A stretch of DNA of 64,000 nt from assembly GCA_963774955.1 (NCBI GenBank), contig CAVZGV010000004.1, forward strand, positions 67,522 through 131,521, in the 5' to 3' direction. The notes beneath the pieces were generated by a model. It had not been told where the DNA came from, made no database searches, and worked only from the letters and a program-made list of their open reading frames with translations. This document shows, one piece after another, positions 28,948 to 40,021 of this stretch. Every line of letters starts with the position of its first letter. Position 1 is the first letter of the stretch. The DNA is from Candidatus Falkowbacteria bacterium. GTDB taxonomy: Bacteria > Patescibacteriota > Patescibacteriia > CAIXNZ01. The position numbers were made by a program, and so were the translations under genes.

Positions 28948-30915
28948 ATGGGACTGATCAAAATTGGCATGGCTAATATCGACACCACTGTCGGTGCCGT
29001 AGCTTCCAACACTGACAAAATCATCGCCTGTCTCGAAAAGATGTGCGCTGAAAAAGTCACTATTGCCTGTTTCCAGGAACAAGTAATTGGCGGTTATCCT
29101 GCCGAAGACTGGATTCAGTGGCCTGATTTCGTCGCCGCTCAACAGCGCGAACTATACAAAATCATTGCCTTGAGCGGAAAACGGAAATTTCCTGCCGTGA
29201 TCACCCTGGGAGTTACCATGAAGGTTGAAAACAACCTCTATAACTGCCAGGCGGTAATTGCTGATGGCATGTTGATCGGTATTGTGCCCAAGGAAAAACT
29301 GCCGACCTATGGAGTGTTCTACGAAGGTCGAACTTTTTCTCCCGGTATCCCTTATGATTACCGACAAATTGCCACCGGAACATTAGTCAACTTCGGCGAC
29401 ATGATTTTTAAGGCTTCTTTCGGCACTTTTGCCGTGGAAGTCTGTGAGGATATTTGGACACCGGACGGCCCCATGAAACGCCGAGCCTACAGCGGGGCCG
29501 AACTGATCATCAATGCTTCTGCATCCCCTTTCCGCGTCGGCGTGGTTAACACCCGGAAGGAAATGCTGGCCACCAGATCGGCTGACAATCAGGCCACCGT
29601 GGTCTATGTCAACCAGTATGGAGGCAATGATTCCCTGGTCTTTGACGGCGGCGGTTACATTTACCAAAATGGCCGCTGCCTGCTGGAAGCACCCCGCTGG
29701 CAATCGGGCATCTCCTACCAAACTGTGGATCTGAATGTGACTGCCACCTGTCGTCAAACAAACACCACCTGGCGGATGGATCAGCAGGAATTTCTCAAAA
29801 CCAACCAGCCGGTACAAACGATTCCGTGCAATTGTAACCGAGTTCTCAATGAGGACTATGAGTATCCCAAACCCGCGAACCAGAACTTCTTCATGCCGGC
29901 AGTGAAACCGAAAATCGACGAACGCGCCGAATATTTCGAAAATCTGATCGAAGCCATGATTACCGGGCTGGACGGTTACTATGCAAAAACCAATGCTTTC
30001 AAGGGCATTGGCATCGCTCTGTCCGGCGGCAAGGATTCCGTACTAACGCTGATGATTGCCTGGCTTTACCGCCAAAAAATTTATCAGAGAGCAAAAGAAG
30101 CAAACAACTACGCCAAAGTCAGCTTTGCTGATTTTATCCGCTGTTTCTCCATGCCGAGCAAGTTCAATTCGGATACAACCAAGAATATTTCCCGCCTGCT
30201 GTGCGAGGAACTTGAGGTCAGCCTGATTGAACTTTCGATTGAAGATGCATTTGAGCGTGAAGTCGCCGCCACAAAAAAAATGCTGGGACTGCCTCAGACA
30301 GCTGAGCTGAAAAAAATCACCCTGCAAAACATTCAGGCCAGAATCCGCGGCCAGCGCATGCTCAATTGGGCCAATGAAACCAATGGTATGTGGTTGCAAA
30401 CCGGCAACATGTCCGAGAAGGCAGTGGGATACACCACAGTCGGCGGAGACATGATGGGAGCTTACTCCCTGATTTCCAATCTGCCCAAGTCTGTCATCAT
30501 TGAACTGATTGACTATCTGACTGAAAGGTATCAGTTTGAAGGGCTGAAGCTGTTGCAACAGACCAAGCCTTCGGCTGAACTGGCACCTGACCAGGAAGAT
30601 GAAAAGGATTTGATGCCCTTCCCGATTTTAGATGCCTGTATGCATCTCTTTGTCGGGGAAAAGATGAATCCCAGTCAGATGCTGAAAGTCCTCAAAAGCA
30701 TGTGGACTGAAGAGGAACTGAGAGCCATGACTCCGGGTTATGCCCCTGACATTCTCAAGGCATGGGTTAACAAATTCATCACTCTGTTCCATCGCTCCAT
30801 TTTCAAATGGGTTCTCACCCCCGAAGGTGTCCATTTGGGAAAGGAAGATCTGGATCGTGAACGAGCCACGCAACTGCCGGTAGTAACATCTACCGAATGG
30901 TTGCCTAAGCTTTAA
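28948..30915 (+). CDS. nadE: Glutamine-dependent NAD+ synthetase
   Basis: Nitrilase domain (FQE, PKEKLPTYGVFYE.R, EVCEDIW) plus LSGGKDS, QNIQAR.R, TGNMSE..VGY, PSAEL...Q.DE. Confidence 0.95.
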   Translation: MGLIKIGMANIDTTVGAVASNTDKIIACLEKMCAEKVTIACFQEQVIGGYPAEDWIQWPDFVAAQQRELYKIIALSGKRKFPAVITLGVTMKVENNLYNCQAVIADGMLIGIVPKEKLPTYGVFYEGRTFSPGIPYDYRQIATGTLVNFGDMIFKASFGTFAVEVCEDIWTPDGPMKRRAYSGAELIINASASPFRVGVVNTRKEMLATRSADNQATVVYVNQYGGNDSLVFDGGGYIYQNGRCLLEAPRWQSGISYQTVDLNVTATCRQTNTTWRMDQQEFLKTNQPVQTIPCNCNRVLNEDYEYPKPANQNFFMPAVKPKIDERAEYFENLIEAMITGLDGYYAKTNAFKGIGIALSGGKDSVLTLMIAWLYRQKIYQRAKEANNYAKVSFADFIRCFSMPSKFNSDTTKNISRLLCEELEVSLIELSIEDAFEREVAATKKMLGLPQTAELKKITLQNIQARIRGQRMLNWANETNGMWLQTGNMSEKAVGYTTVGGDMMGAYSLISNLPKSVIIELIDYLTERYQFEGLKLLQQTKPSAELAPDQEDEKDLMPFPILDACMHLFVGEKMNPSQMLKVLKSMWTEEELRAMTPGYAPDILKAWVNKFITLFHRSIFKWVLTPEGVHLGKEDLDRERATQLPVVTSTEWLPKL

Positions 30916-30920
30916 GCTTT

Positions 30921-30950
30921 AAGCCCCCTGCTAAGCGGGGGGCTTTTTTT
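30921..30950 (+). terminator. Intrinsic terminator closing the NAD island
   Basis: AAGCCCCCTGCTAAGCGGGGGGC followed by a T run. Confidence 0.8.
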
Positions 30951-31126
30951 ATACACACCCCCTCTTGCTATATCTTCATATTCTGGTAAAATGTTACATA
31001 TCTAATACAAACAGCGTCTAAGCAGCAGCAAAGCCGGCCAAACCATGGATCGGCTTTTAGTATTGACAATATCTCAATTTTGTGATATGATATGGGATAC
31101 CCTTAATTAATAATTATCCCATATTT

Positions 31127-31639
31127 ATGAAATTATTTATGTTAAATTTGCATAAAACAATTACTAAAATTAGCCAAATAGCAGAAAAAACAGCGCTTTT
31201 AGTGCTAATATTAGCCTTGGTTTGGCAATGCTTTCCCAGGGTTACTTCATTGGCTGCTATTGATACTCAATTGTTAACAACGCCTCCTCAGGAAGTTGTA
31301 GCTTTAGTAGAAAATGCCATGGAATCTCTTGGTGAGCCTAAACGAGTACTCACAGTACCGGTTACGGCCTACAACAGTTTACCGGGCCAGACTGATTCCA
31401 CTCCCTGTATTACTGCTAATGGCTTTAATTTATGTAAAAATGATACTCAAAATGTTATTGCTGCCAATTTCTTGAAATTTGGCACCAAGGTCAGATTTCC
31501 TGATTTTGATCCTGATACTATTTATACTGTTCAGGACAGAATGAATGCCAGATATACATATCGAGCTGACATTTGGATGAAATCATATGCTGATGCCAGA
31601 CAATTTGGCATTAAAAATTTAAAAATGGAAATTTACTAA
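31127..31639 (+). CDS. 3D-domain (lytic transglycosylase-like) protein
   Basis: N-terminal TM, TAYNS...QTDSTPCITANG, AANFL.FGT, DRMN, DIW. Confidence 0.85.
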   Translation: MKLFMLNLHKTITKISQIAEKTALLVLILALVWQCFPRVTSLAAIDTQLLTTPPQEVVALVENAMESLGEPKRVLTVPVTAYNSLPGQTDSTPCITANGFNLCKNDTQNVIAANFLKFGTKVRFPDFDPDTIYTVQDRMNARYTYRADIWMKSYADARQFGIKNLKMEIY

Positions 31640-31746
31640 AATCTTAGTATTATCACAAAAATTCGACTTATTAACAGTCGAATTTTTGTTTTTATGCTAT
31701 AATAATAGTGGGCCTTAAACTACTCCCCCAATACATATGCATCCAT

Positions 31747-32244
31747 ATGAAACAGAGTAGCTTTAAGATCTATCTTTTAACCAAAATAGTAAGGAATCAA
31801 AAATTCCAAATTTTGATAATTGCCTTAATTGTGGCAATTTTTTGTTTGCCTCATATTTCTTCATATGCATATTTCCAAATTGATCCTGCCAATTTTGTTC
31901 ATGATGTTCAGCGCTTCCTGGCTGTAAATTTTAAAGAAAAGCCGAGAACGATGCAACTTTATGTCACTGCTTTTTCCAGCACACCAGAAGAAACTGATGA
32001 TACTCCATGTCTAACTGCCAATGGTTATAATTTGTGTAAACATAACAAGGAAAACGTAGTTGCTTGCAATTTTTTGCCATTTGGGACTAAAATTAAATTC
32101 CCGGAGCTTGATCCGGATCAGATCTATACAGTAGTAGATAGAATGCATGAACGCTATAATAGCCGAATAGATATTTGGAAGAAGTCAAAAAGCGCCGCAA
32201 AAACGTTTGGAAAGAAATATTTAACTGTAGAAATTTATAAATAG
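31747..32244 (+). CDS. Second 3D-domain protein (paralogue)
   Basis: TAFSS..ETDDTPCLTANG, DRMH, DIW; start uncertain. Confidence 0.8.
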   Translation: MKQSSFKIYLLTKIVRNQKFQILIIALIVAIFCLPHISSYAYFQIDPANFVHDVQRFLAVNFKEKPRTMQLYVTAFSSTPEETDDTPCLTANGYNLCKHNKENVVACNFLPFGTKIKFPELDPDQIYTVVDRMHERYNSRIDIWKKSKSAAKTFGKKYLTVEIYK

Positions 32245-32246
32245 CT

Positions 32247-33017
32247 ATGAATTTATTCGAAAAACTACTGGCTAAAAATTATCAATTCCTTAAAATTCTT
32301 ATAATTATCTTGGTTATTTTTATTATTATCGCAGATGAAACCTTTAATTTTTATTATTTTCGAAAAGCGCCGCTAAATAGTCTGTTTGATGCAATAGTAA
32401 GTTTGAGCTTAACAATTGTTTTAGTAAATTTTGCCTTTTACATTATTAATATCAAACAACGTCAACTAAATGATCAGCTCAACCAATTAGCCGAAGCTTA
32501 CCAATACATTGGCCAAATTAACCGTAAAATAGATGCTTTGCTGGAACTCGATATTTCAACCTTAGACCACTCTAAGAATAATTCCCTTCACGAATCATCG
32601 TCAGTTATTTTCAAACAATTAATCAGCCTGCTCCAGGCCAAAGCCGGACTTTTTTATCTTAAACCCCCAATGCAATTCAAGGTCTATCATGGCGATCATC
32701 TTAATTCTGAAATAAAAAAATCCTTTGATTTATTGGTCAACCATGGGGTAAAAAATTTTAAATACAGCCATGGGACTGAAAACGAACAATTTTTTAAAGA
32801 TTTAGGCATTACTGCTAATATCTTAAAAAAATACACATTATTAATTAAGCCGGTATACATGCATGAAAAAGATGTGGGACATTTGATTTTACTTTTTTCT
32901 AAAAATCAGATTTTAGAAGACAGAGATTTAAATATAATCAGGATTTATTCTTTTTATCTGGCGTTAAATTATACTTTTAAACCCAACCCTTCGTTATATC
33001 AGGACAAACTTGAATAA
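32247..33017 (+). CDS. Membrane protein with possible GAF-like C-terminal domain
   Basis: Two TM helices, coiled linker, alpha/beta C-terminus. Confidence 0.6.
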   Translation: MNLFEKLLAKNYQFLKILIIILVIFIIIADETFNFYYFRKAPLNSLFDAIVSLSLTIVLVNFAFYIINIKQRQLNDQLNQLAEAYQYIGQINRKIDALLELDISTLDHSKNNSLHESSSVIFKQLISLLQAKAGLFYLKPPMQFKVYHGDHLNSEIKKSFDLLVNHGVKNFKYSHGTENEQFFKDLGITANILKKYTLLIKPVYMHEKDVGHLILLFSKNQILEDRDLNIIRIYSFYLALNYTFKPNPSLYQDKLE

Positions 33018-33076
33018 ATAGGTATTTACTGCTAAAATACAGGAAACTTACCATTATGGTAGGTTTTTAAATTTAC

Positions 33077-33377
<301 letters not shown>

Positions 33378-33389
33378 AATAAAAATTTT

Positions 33390-33740
33390 ATGATATCTGA
33401 AATTGCTCAGGCTAAAATTGCCAAATTTGTTAAAAAAATATTACCCTCTATCTCCATTATTCAGAATGATGGCTTTTCTTTGGCTGAGATTGAATCCAAA
33501 GTCAAGCTGATTTTGATGGCAAATTATGATGAAAATCAGCCGGAAAAATTTAAAGATGGCTTAGAATTTATTGCCTGGATTTTTAATTTTATTTTGGAAA
33601 ATGAATATAAACTTCCAGCTAAAAGAGCTGAAGATTTAACAGTTGAATTTTTGGCGGCCATAAATCAGGAGCTTAAAAAGCCCGCCCCGACCGAAGCTAG
33701 TTCTGAAGTTAAAATACTGCCATTTACTATAAGGAAATAA
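33390..33740 (+). CDS. Hypothetical protein
   Basis: 116-aa ORF. Confidence 0.55.
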   Translation: MISEIAQAKIAKFVKKILPSISIIQNDGFSLAEIESKVKLILMANYDENQPEKFKDGLEFIAWIFNFILENEYKLPAKRAEDLTVEFLAAINQELKKPAPTEASSEVKILPFTIRK

Positions 33741-33752
33741 TTTTTTAAAACT

Positions 33753-34355
33753 ATGGCGGCTAAATTCAATTGTACCCACAAAGGAGCATTTTTAATATGC
33801 TTTTTTTTATTATTAACTTCTTGTGCGCCTAAACAGTCAATTAATACCGCCCAACCGTTACCACCTAAAATTGGCGGCCAAGACTGTCAACAGGATACAG
33901 ATTGTTTTTCCGGGGTCTGTAATTTTATCAAACAAAACATTGGCCAATGCATGGTAGCTCAATGTTCTACCAGCGAACAGGCCATCGGCATTAATGGACA
34001 GACAACCTTTTACTGCGATCACAATAACCATTGGCAAAAAGTTAAACAATTTGGTGAAACCTGCAATTACGACTATGAATGTGTTAATATCACCTGCAAA
34101 GATACTCCTAGCTGTCATCCGGGCGATTTCAAATATTATTGCCAGGAGCATGAATGCGTTGGCGAACAACAGGCTGATCCTTGCCGCCAACAAGGACTTA
34201 CCAGGATCATCCAGAAAGATGAATATTTTGATAAGGAACAATGTATTGAAACTTTTGCTCAACGTGAAATCCAAACAATCTGCGCTCCCTGCGGTGACGG
34301 TATCTGTGATCCTGAAATCGAATTTAAATGTAATTGTCCGAATGACTGTAAATAA
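33753..34355 (+). CDS. Cys-rich lipoprotein
   Basis: Lipobox LTSC; many Cys; CGDGIC...CPNDC. Confidence 0.7.
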   Translation: MAAKFNCTHKGAFLICFFLLLTSCAPKQSINTAQPLPPKIGGQDCQQDTDCFSGVCNFIKQNIGQCMVAQCSTSEQAIGINGQTTFYCDHNNHWQKVKQFGETCNYDYECVNITCKDTPSCHPGDFKYYCQEHECVGEQQADPCRQQGLTRIIQKDEYFDKEQCIETFAQREIQTICAPCGDGICDPEIEFKCNCPNDCK

Positions 34356-34376
34356 TAAGAATTAATTATAAATTTT

Positions 34377-34601
34377 ATGATTGCCAAAATTATTTTTATT
34401 CAATTTTTAGGTCTGCCCTTAATTGTCTGGGGCGGCATGTTTACTTTTTTATGTTTGATTGTTACTGCTTTAATTGCTTATCTTACCGTCAAAAACATAA
34501 AGCCCATGCCGGTAAAATGGCATGTGCACATGGCCTGGCTGACCATAATCTTAGGACTAATTCATGGCTTAGTAGCAATTTTAGCTTTTTTAGGAATTTA
34601 A
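34377..34601 (+). CDS. Small two-TM protein with His residues (cytochrome b561-like fragment)
   Basis: KWHVHMAW...IHGL. Confidence 0.55.
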   Translation: MIAKIIFIQFLGLPLIVWGGMFTFLCLIVTALIAYLTVKNIKPMPVKWHVHMAWLTIILGLIHGLVAILAFLGI

Positions 34602-34843
34602 ACCAACTTTAATACAGTTCAATCAAAAACGGGAAGCTTTTAGCCGCCCGTTTTTATTTAGCTCTTGATACTTAAATGGGTTTTTGCATTAACACCACTA
34701 TAAACCACTGTGGCGGTTCTTTTTTTGGGCTAAAAATGGTAGAATACAAATACTAGATAACGAATATACAAATTCTCTACAAATTAATACAAAGGACACT
34801 CTTTAATTAAATTTGTAATAATTTGTCACAATATTTGTAACTT

Positions 34844-37621
34844 ATGTCTAAAACAAAATCCAAATTCATACTTATTGACGGCAACGCCCTGGTCCACCGC
34901 GCTTTTCATGCTTTGCCGCCCTTAGCCACTAAAGACGGAGAACTGGTTAATGCTGTCTATGGTTTTTTATTAATATTTTTTAAAGCCATTAAAGAAATTA
35001 AACCGGAATACGTGGCCGTGACTTTTGATAAAGCCAAAAAAACCTTTCGTCATGAAATGTATACTGAATATAAAGCCACCAGAGTCAAAGCGCCCCAAGA
35101 ACTTTATGATCAGATTCCCCGCATTAAAGAACTGGTTAAGCTTTTAAATGTCCCTGTTTATGAACTGGACGGTTATGAGGCTGATGATGTCATTGGCACT
35201 ATTTGTCATTTGAAAACCGTTGATCGGCCCGATATTGAAACTATGATTGTTACGGGTGATTTGGATACTTTACAGTTGGTTGATGACAATACCAAGGTCT
35301 ACGCCCTTAAACGCGGCTTATCTGATACTATTATTTATGATGACAAAGCAGTCCAGGGACGTTTTGACGGCTTAAATCCCGATCAAATGGTTGATTACAA
35401 GTCTTTAAAGGGTGATCCGTCTGATAACATTCCCGGGGTTAAAGGTATTGGCGAAAAAACCGCCATAAACTTACTAAAACAATTTAAATCTCTGGATAAT
35501 CTTTACAAAAATATTGACAGTAAAAAAATCTCCGAATCAGTTCGGGAAAAATTAATTGAGCATAAAGATGAAGCTTTTATGAGTTACCGGTTGGCAACGA
35601 TTGTAATAGACGCCCCGGTTAAGTTTGAACTTAATGACGCCAAAATTAAAGACTACAATAAACAACCAATCATCGACATTTTACAAAAATATCAGTTTGC
35701 CAGCCTATTAAACAAATTACCTGAATTTGGCAACAATCAATCATTAACCGAAACCGACTCAACTCAAAGTCAACAATTACCTGAGCAGAAACAAACAAGC
35801 AACCATAATTATCAAATAATAAAAACGGAAAAAGAACTTGATTCATTTATAAAATTACTGGGCGAACAAAAAATTTTTGCTTTTGACTCTGAAACCACCG
35901 GACTTGATCCTTTTAATCTGCAAATTTTGGGTTTAAGTTTTGCCTGGAAAAATGACGAAGCTTATTATGTTCCCATTGCGGAGATTAACGGCGAGGGTTT
36001 ATTTGAAGAAATTAAACTTAAAACCAACTGGCTGGACAAACTCAAACCAATTCTGGAAAATCCTAAAATTGCTAAATTCGGCCATAATGTTAAATATGAC
36101 GCTGAAGTCTTACTTAATTATCAAATTAAGGTAACCCCTCTGGTTTTTGACCCCATGGTTGCTGATTATGTTCTCAATCCCGGCACCCGCTCTCACGGCC
36201 TGGATAATCTGTCCTTTACTGAATTTGGCTATCAAAAAACCAGCTTTACCCAGCTGACTACTTTGGAAAATAAAAAAAAGATTCCTATTACCCAGGTTCC
36301 TTTGGCTAAGCTAGGCACGTATTCCTGCGAAGACGCTGACTTTACCTGGCGATTATATAAGCTACTTAGTAAAAAACTGGCTGCTGAAAATTTACTCAAA
36401 TTATTTGAAGAGATTGAAATGCCTTTGGTGCCTGTTTTAATTGCCATGGAACAAAATGGCATTAAAATTGATCTGAATTTCCTTAAAACCTTTTCCGTCA
36501 AATTAACTAAACAAATAGAAACAATTTCCGAGAAAATATATAAAATAGCCGGACAGGAATTTAATATTTCTTCTCCCCTGCAATTAAAAGAAATTCTTTT
36601 TGAAAAACTGCAGATTTCTACTCATGGCATTGGCCGGACTAAAACAGGATTTTCCACGGCCGCTGATGAACTGGAAAAATTGCGCGGCCGCCACGAAATA
36701 ATTGATTTTATTTCCGAATATCGAGAACTGACTAAACTTTTATCAACTTATCTTGATGCCCTGCCAAAACTAGTTAACAAAAAAACCGGACGGGTTCATA
36801 CCAGTTTCAACCAGACCATCACTGCAACCGGCCGCTTATCATCCTCCAATCCCAATCTGCAAAATATCCCCATTAAAACAGAAATCGGTCGTGAAGTCCG
36901 CAAGGCTTTTATTGCTGAAAAAGGCTTTAAGCTGGTTTCAGCTGATTATTCTCAGATTGAATTGCGCATTGTCGCCTCTATTGCCGAAGATCAGAACATG
37001 ATCACTGCCTTTAAAAATGACCAGGACATTCATACTATTACTGCGGCTAAAATTAACAATGTCCAGCCAGAAGAAGTAACCAAGGATATGCGCCGGGCAG
37101 CCAAAGAAGTAAATTTCGGCATTATGTATGGCATGGGCGCTAATGGTCTCTCAGCCAGAACCGGTATTTCCAGAGACGAAGCCAAAGATTTTATTGAGAA
37201 ATATTTCGAGGCCTTTCCTAATATGAAAAAATATATTCAGGCAACTAAAGATTTTGTTAAAGACAACGGTTATGTAGAGACACTATTTGGCCGTAAACGT
37301 TATTTACCTGACATCCATTCCGGCGTGCTCAATATTGCCGCAGGGGCCGAGCGCATGGCCGTCAATATGCCTATCCAGGGTACTGCTGCTGACCTGATCA
37401 AACTGGCCATGATAAAAATCCATGACCTCTTGCCAGATGTTTCATCAGGTGCTAAGATGATCCTTCAGGTTCATGATGAACTGGTTTTTGAAGTCCCGGA
37501 AAAAGATGTTAAAAAAGTCAGTGACTTTGTTAAAAAAGAAATGGAGGATATTTATAAATTCAAATGCCCCATCAAAGTTGAAGTAGAAAGTGGAGAAAAT
37601 TGGGGCCATATGTCAGCCTAA
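34844..37621 (+). CDS. polA: DNA polymerase I
   Basis: IDGNALVHRAFHA, EADDVIGT, GDPSDNIPG, FDSETTGL, TGRLSSSNPNLQN, ADYSQIELR, LQVHDELVFE. Confidence 0.98.
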   Translation: MSKTKSKFILIDGNALVHRAFHALPPLATKDGELVNAVYGFLLIFFKAIKEIKPEYVAVTFDKAKKTFRHEMYTEYKATRVKAPQELYDQIPRIKELVKLLNVPVYELDGYEADDVIGTICHLKTVDRPDIETMIVTGDLDTLQLVDDNTKVYALKRGLSDTIIYDDKAVQGRFDGLNPDQMVDYKSLKGDPSDNIPGVKGIGEKTAINLLKQFKSLDNLYKNIDSKKISESVREKLIEHKDEAFMSYRLATIVIDAPVKFELNDAKIKDYNKQPIIDILQKYQFASLLNKLPEFGNNQSLTETDSTQSQQLPEQKQTSNHNYQIIKTEKELDSFIKLLGEQKIFAFDSETTGLDPFNLQILGLSFAWKNDEAYYVPIAEINGEGLFEEIKLKTNWLDKLKPILENPKIAKFGHNVKYDAEVLLNYQIKVTPLVFDPMVADYVLNPGTRSHGLDNLSFTEFGYQKTSFTQLTTLENKKKIPITQVPLAKLGTYSCEDADFTWRLYKLLSKKLAAENLLKLFEEIEMPLVPVLIAMEQNGIKIDLNFLKTFSVKLTKQIETISEKIYKIAGQEFNISSPLQLKEILFEKLQISTHGIGRTKTGFSTAADELEKLRGRHEIIDFISEYRELTKLLSTYLDALPKLVNKKTGRVHTSFNQTITATGRLSSSNPNLQNIPIKTEIGREVRKAFIAEKGFKLVSADYSQIELRIVASIAEDQNMITAFKNDQDIHTITAAKINNVQPEEVTKDMRRAAKEVNFGIMYGMGANGLSARTGISRDEAKDFIEKYFEAFPNMKKYIQATKDFVKDNGYVETLFGRKRYLPDIHSGVLNIAAGAERMAVNMPIQGTAADLIKLAMIKIHDLLPDVSSGAKMILQVHDELVFEVPEKDVKKVSDFVKKEMEDIYKFKCPIKVEVESGENWGHMSA

Positions 37622-37645
37622 CTTCAAACAAAAGGAGGTGCCCGT

Positions 37646-38059
37646 GTGCAAGCTTATCGCAGCAAAGGCAAGATTGACCAGGAATGGCAGGAATTTTTAG
37701 ACAAAACCAATGGTTCTCTAAGAATCAGCTGGCATTGTCTGGAAAGAGTCGCTCTCAGGTTTCCGGATATGCTGGAACTGACTCAAAATGAATTTCTGTC
37801 CCTGGTCAGAGAAGGCAAACCCATTTACATTTTTCACACTCCGACAAAACATAGCCGGGGAATTATCCTGAGAAATGGGATATTGGGCTTTGCTGTCAGT
37901 TTTAATACCGGCAAGGTAATGACTACATTCAAGTACAAACCAGGTCGAATTAAAAAGTTAAGTCTTAACCCCAAAGGGGGCATGACCAGGAAAAAAACCG
38001 GCTATCACCGGCCCAGCGCCAAAATCCAGGCGCGTCAGGAAATTGAACAAGACTTCTAA
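37646..38059 (+). CDS. Hypothetical basic protein
   Basis: AAAGGAGG SD before GTG; ISWHCLER is reminiscent of small RNase folds. Confidence 0.55.
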   Translation: MQAYRSKGKIDQEWQEFLDKTNGSLRISWHCLERVALRFPDMLELTQNEFLSLVREGKPIYIFHTPTKHSRGIILRNGILGFAVSFNTGKVMTTFKYKPGRIKKLSLNPKGGMTRKKTGYHRPSAKIQARQEIEQDF

Positions 38060-38216
38060 GCGCTTGATCGTAACAACGACTAAGCGCTTTTTAAAAACAC
38101 GGATTTATTTCACGGATAACACTGATCAATATCTTAATCTATCCATGTAATCAGTGAAATAAATCCGTGGTTTAAAAAAGCCGGCCACCCGAAGGTGCCG
38201 GCGTTGTAAGCTGCGA

Positions 38217-39356
38217 TCATTTAGCATTATGCCTTAAATAAGTATCAAGTAAAAGCGGCCCTGAATTTTGGAAATCACCATCACTGGTGAAAGTTATTCC
38301 ACCTTGATTGGGATAGTAACGACCTTTCTCTTTCCAATAATCATGAGGGCCAAGCCAAAGACCGTACCCAAAGGTTGCGTTACTTGAACTCCAGCCGCAC
38401 TCAAAGTGTCGCTGTTCCAGACTTTCCGGAAAAAGTGACAGCTGCAAACTTCTTCCCGGGGAAAGATGGGAAAAGCGAGCCATATCTGCAAAATTACCAG
38501 GCTGGCCATTCCCCAAAGAATTTTTCCAATGATAGACTGGAATTGGGATTGTCCAAAGAGCCAGGGACTCTTGTTCTTCCCGGCTAAATTGCTTCAGTAC
38601 ATCTTTGCTTGGAGTGGTCGTAACAAAAAGAAAATTTGTACCTGCATACTGGCCATGATACCCCACGTCATACGTATAATAGGGAAATGATGGATTGCCA
38701 ATAGGTTTTAGCAACTGCAGCTTCTCGCTGTAAGGCCTTTGAATTTCTTCCAGCACGTAGTTAATCACTTTAGCCATGAGTGACCAATCGGGTCCGCCAT
38801 CCCTTTCAATGTGCTCCTTTAAGGCCCTTTCAAACAAATCCGTTAATTCTTTGGGCACATCGTCGAATTGTCGATTGCTCTGCCCTGAGAATTTGAAGCC
38901 TTCATTCCATTGCTCCAGCCACCTTAGCGGAGCAAATTTTTCATAAACTTCAGGGGCATATTCAGCTTTCCAGCGAGAGCCTGCCTGGTACATCAGGAAG
39001 CGTAGCAATAGCAGCGTCGTTTCTGCTTCAGGCATAACAAAGGTTAGAGTTATCAAAGCTGAAATCGGATCTTCTTCTCCTGGCAGCATCAGGCCGCTTC
39101 TTAAAGAGTGCTCAAGAGCTTCCAGGGCATTACCCATGCCGTCGCGCTTAAGCCTGGCAACAAGATTTCCCATAATCCGCCAATCACTAGCTTGTGCATC
39201 CCATTGTTTGCAAAAAGAACTGGGAGATTCTGCGCACATAGCTAGTTTAAGCGGGTCAGGAAGACTTTGTTCTCGTAGACGCTTAAAAGCCTGATTGCCT
39301 GCGAGCTCTGTTAAAAGAACTTCATACTGCTGTTCTTCGGGCAATTGTTTAGTCAT
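38217..39356 (-). CDS. Hypothetical protein
   Basis: AAGGAG SD before ATG 39356. Confidence 0.65.
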   Translation of the reverse strand: MTKQLPEEQQYEVLLTELAGNQAFKRLREQSLPDPLKLAMCAESPSSFCKQWDAQASDWRIMGNLVARLKRDGMGNALEALEHSLRSGLMLPGEEDPISALITLTFVMPEAETTLLLLRFLMYQAGSRWKAEYAPEVYEKFAPLRWLEQWNEGFKFSGQSNRQFDDVPKELTDLFERALKEHIERDGGPDWSLMAKVINYVLEEIQRPYSEKLQLLKPIGNPSFPYYTYDVGYHGQYAGTNFLFVTTTPSKDVLKQFSREEQESLALWTIPIPVYHWKNSLGNGQPGNFADMARFSHLSPGRSLQLSLFPESLEQRHFECGWSSSNATFGYGLWLGPHDYWKEKGRYYPNQGGITFTSDGDFQNSGPLLLDTYLRHNAK

Positions 39357-39637
39357 TTTTTTCTCCTTTTGTTGACCAAACCATCCGAAGCGCATACTCC
39401 TGAGAGCATACTTGCCGTCTGATAAAAACTTTTTATCAGTAAATTTATCCTGGGATAAATTTTGCCTAAAAGGCAGGCGTAGATAAAATCAAATTATCAA
39501 TTGGTTTCAAATCTGTCAAGCCAATAACTTCAGATTTTACCGACAGAAAAATTAATCAGTGTTATCTATAAGATAATTCGTAGTGTTAAAAAAGCCGTCC
39601 CTGGCGGAACGGCTGTGAATAAAACCAGTTAACTTAC

Positions 39638-39994
39638 TTAAAGTTCTAGCGAATACATGATGTTGATTTCCTGATCCAGAGTCAGACTCCTGCCTTCTGA
39701 CCAGCGGCAAAGATATTTCCAGTTACCATCTATCTTTTTCAGGATGGCAATACAGAATCCGTTGGTAAAAGGCAGGTAAACATCCTGGGCTTCGATTTCA
39801 ATCAGTAGTAAATAGGGAGTCTGGGTGAAAAACCAGTAGTCTTGCTCCACCATTTCCCTAACCATGGCTTGGGTTTCCTTAGAAAGTTCCCGAAACCACT
39901 TGGATTGCCAGATATTTTGATGACGCAGTTCAAGCTTGCGCCATTCATCTGACTCAAGATATCGCCCTTCTTTGGCTTGTTTCAATGCTGGCAT
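39638..39994 (-). CDS. Hypothetical protein
   Basis: AAGGAG SD; 118 aa. Confidence 0.6.
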   Translation of the reverse strand: MPALKQAKEGRYLESDEWRKLELRHQNIWQSKWFRELSKETQAMVREMVEQDYWFFTQTPYLLLIEIEAQDVYLPFTNGFCIAILKKIDGNWKYLCRWSEGRSLTLDQEINIMYSLEL

Positions 39995-40021
39995 CTGAAT
40001 TCTCCTTTTGAAAAATATTCC

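Noticed and set aside
12825-30873. Many antisense and alternate-frame ORFs over the NAD island (e.g. 13986-14729, 22135-22881, 28467-29060)
   Set aside because: Shadows of GC-richer sense genes; no motifs or SD support.
30960-31062. Riboswitch upstream of the 3D-domain genes
   Set aside because: A promoter and one hairpin are visible but no recognisable aptamer consensus.
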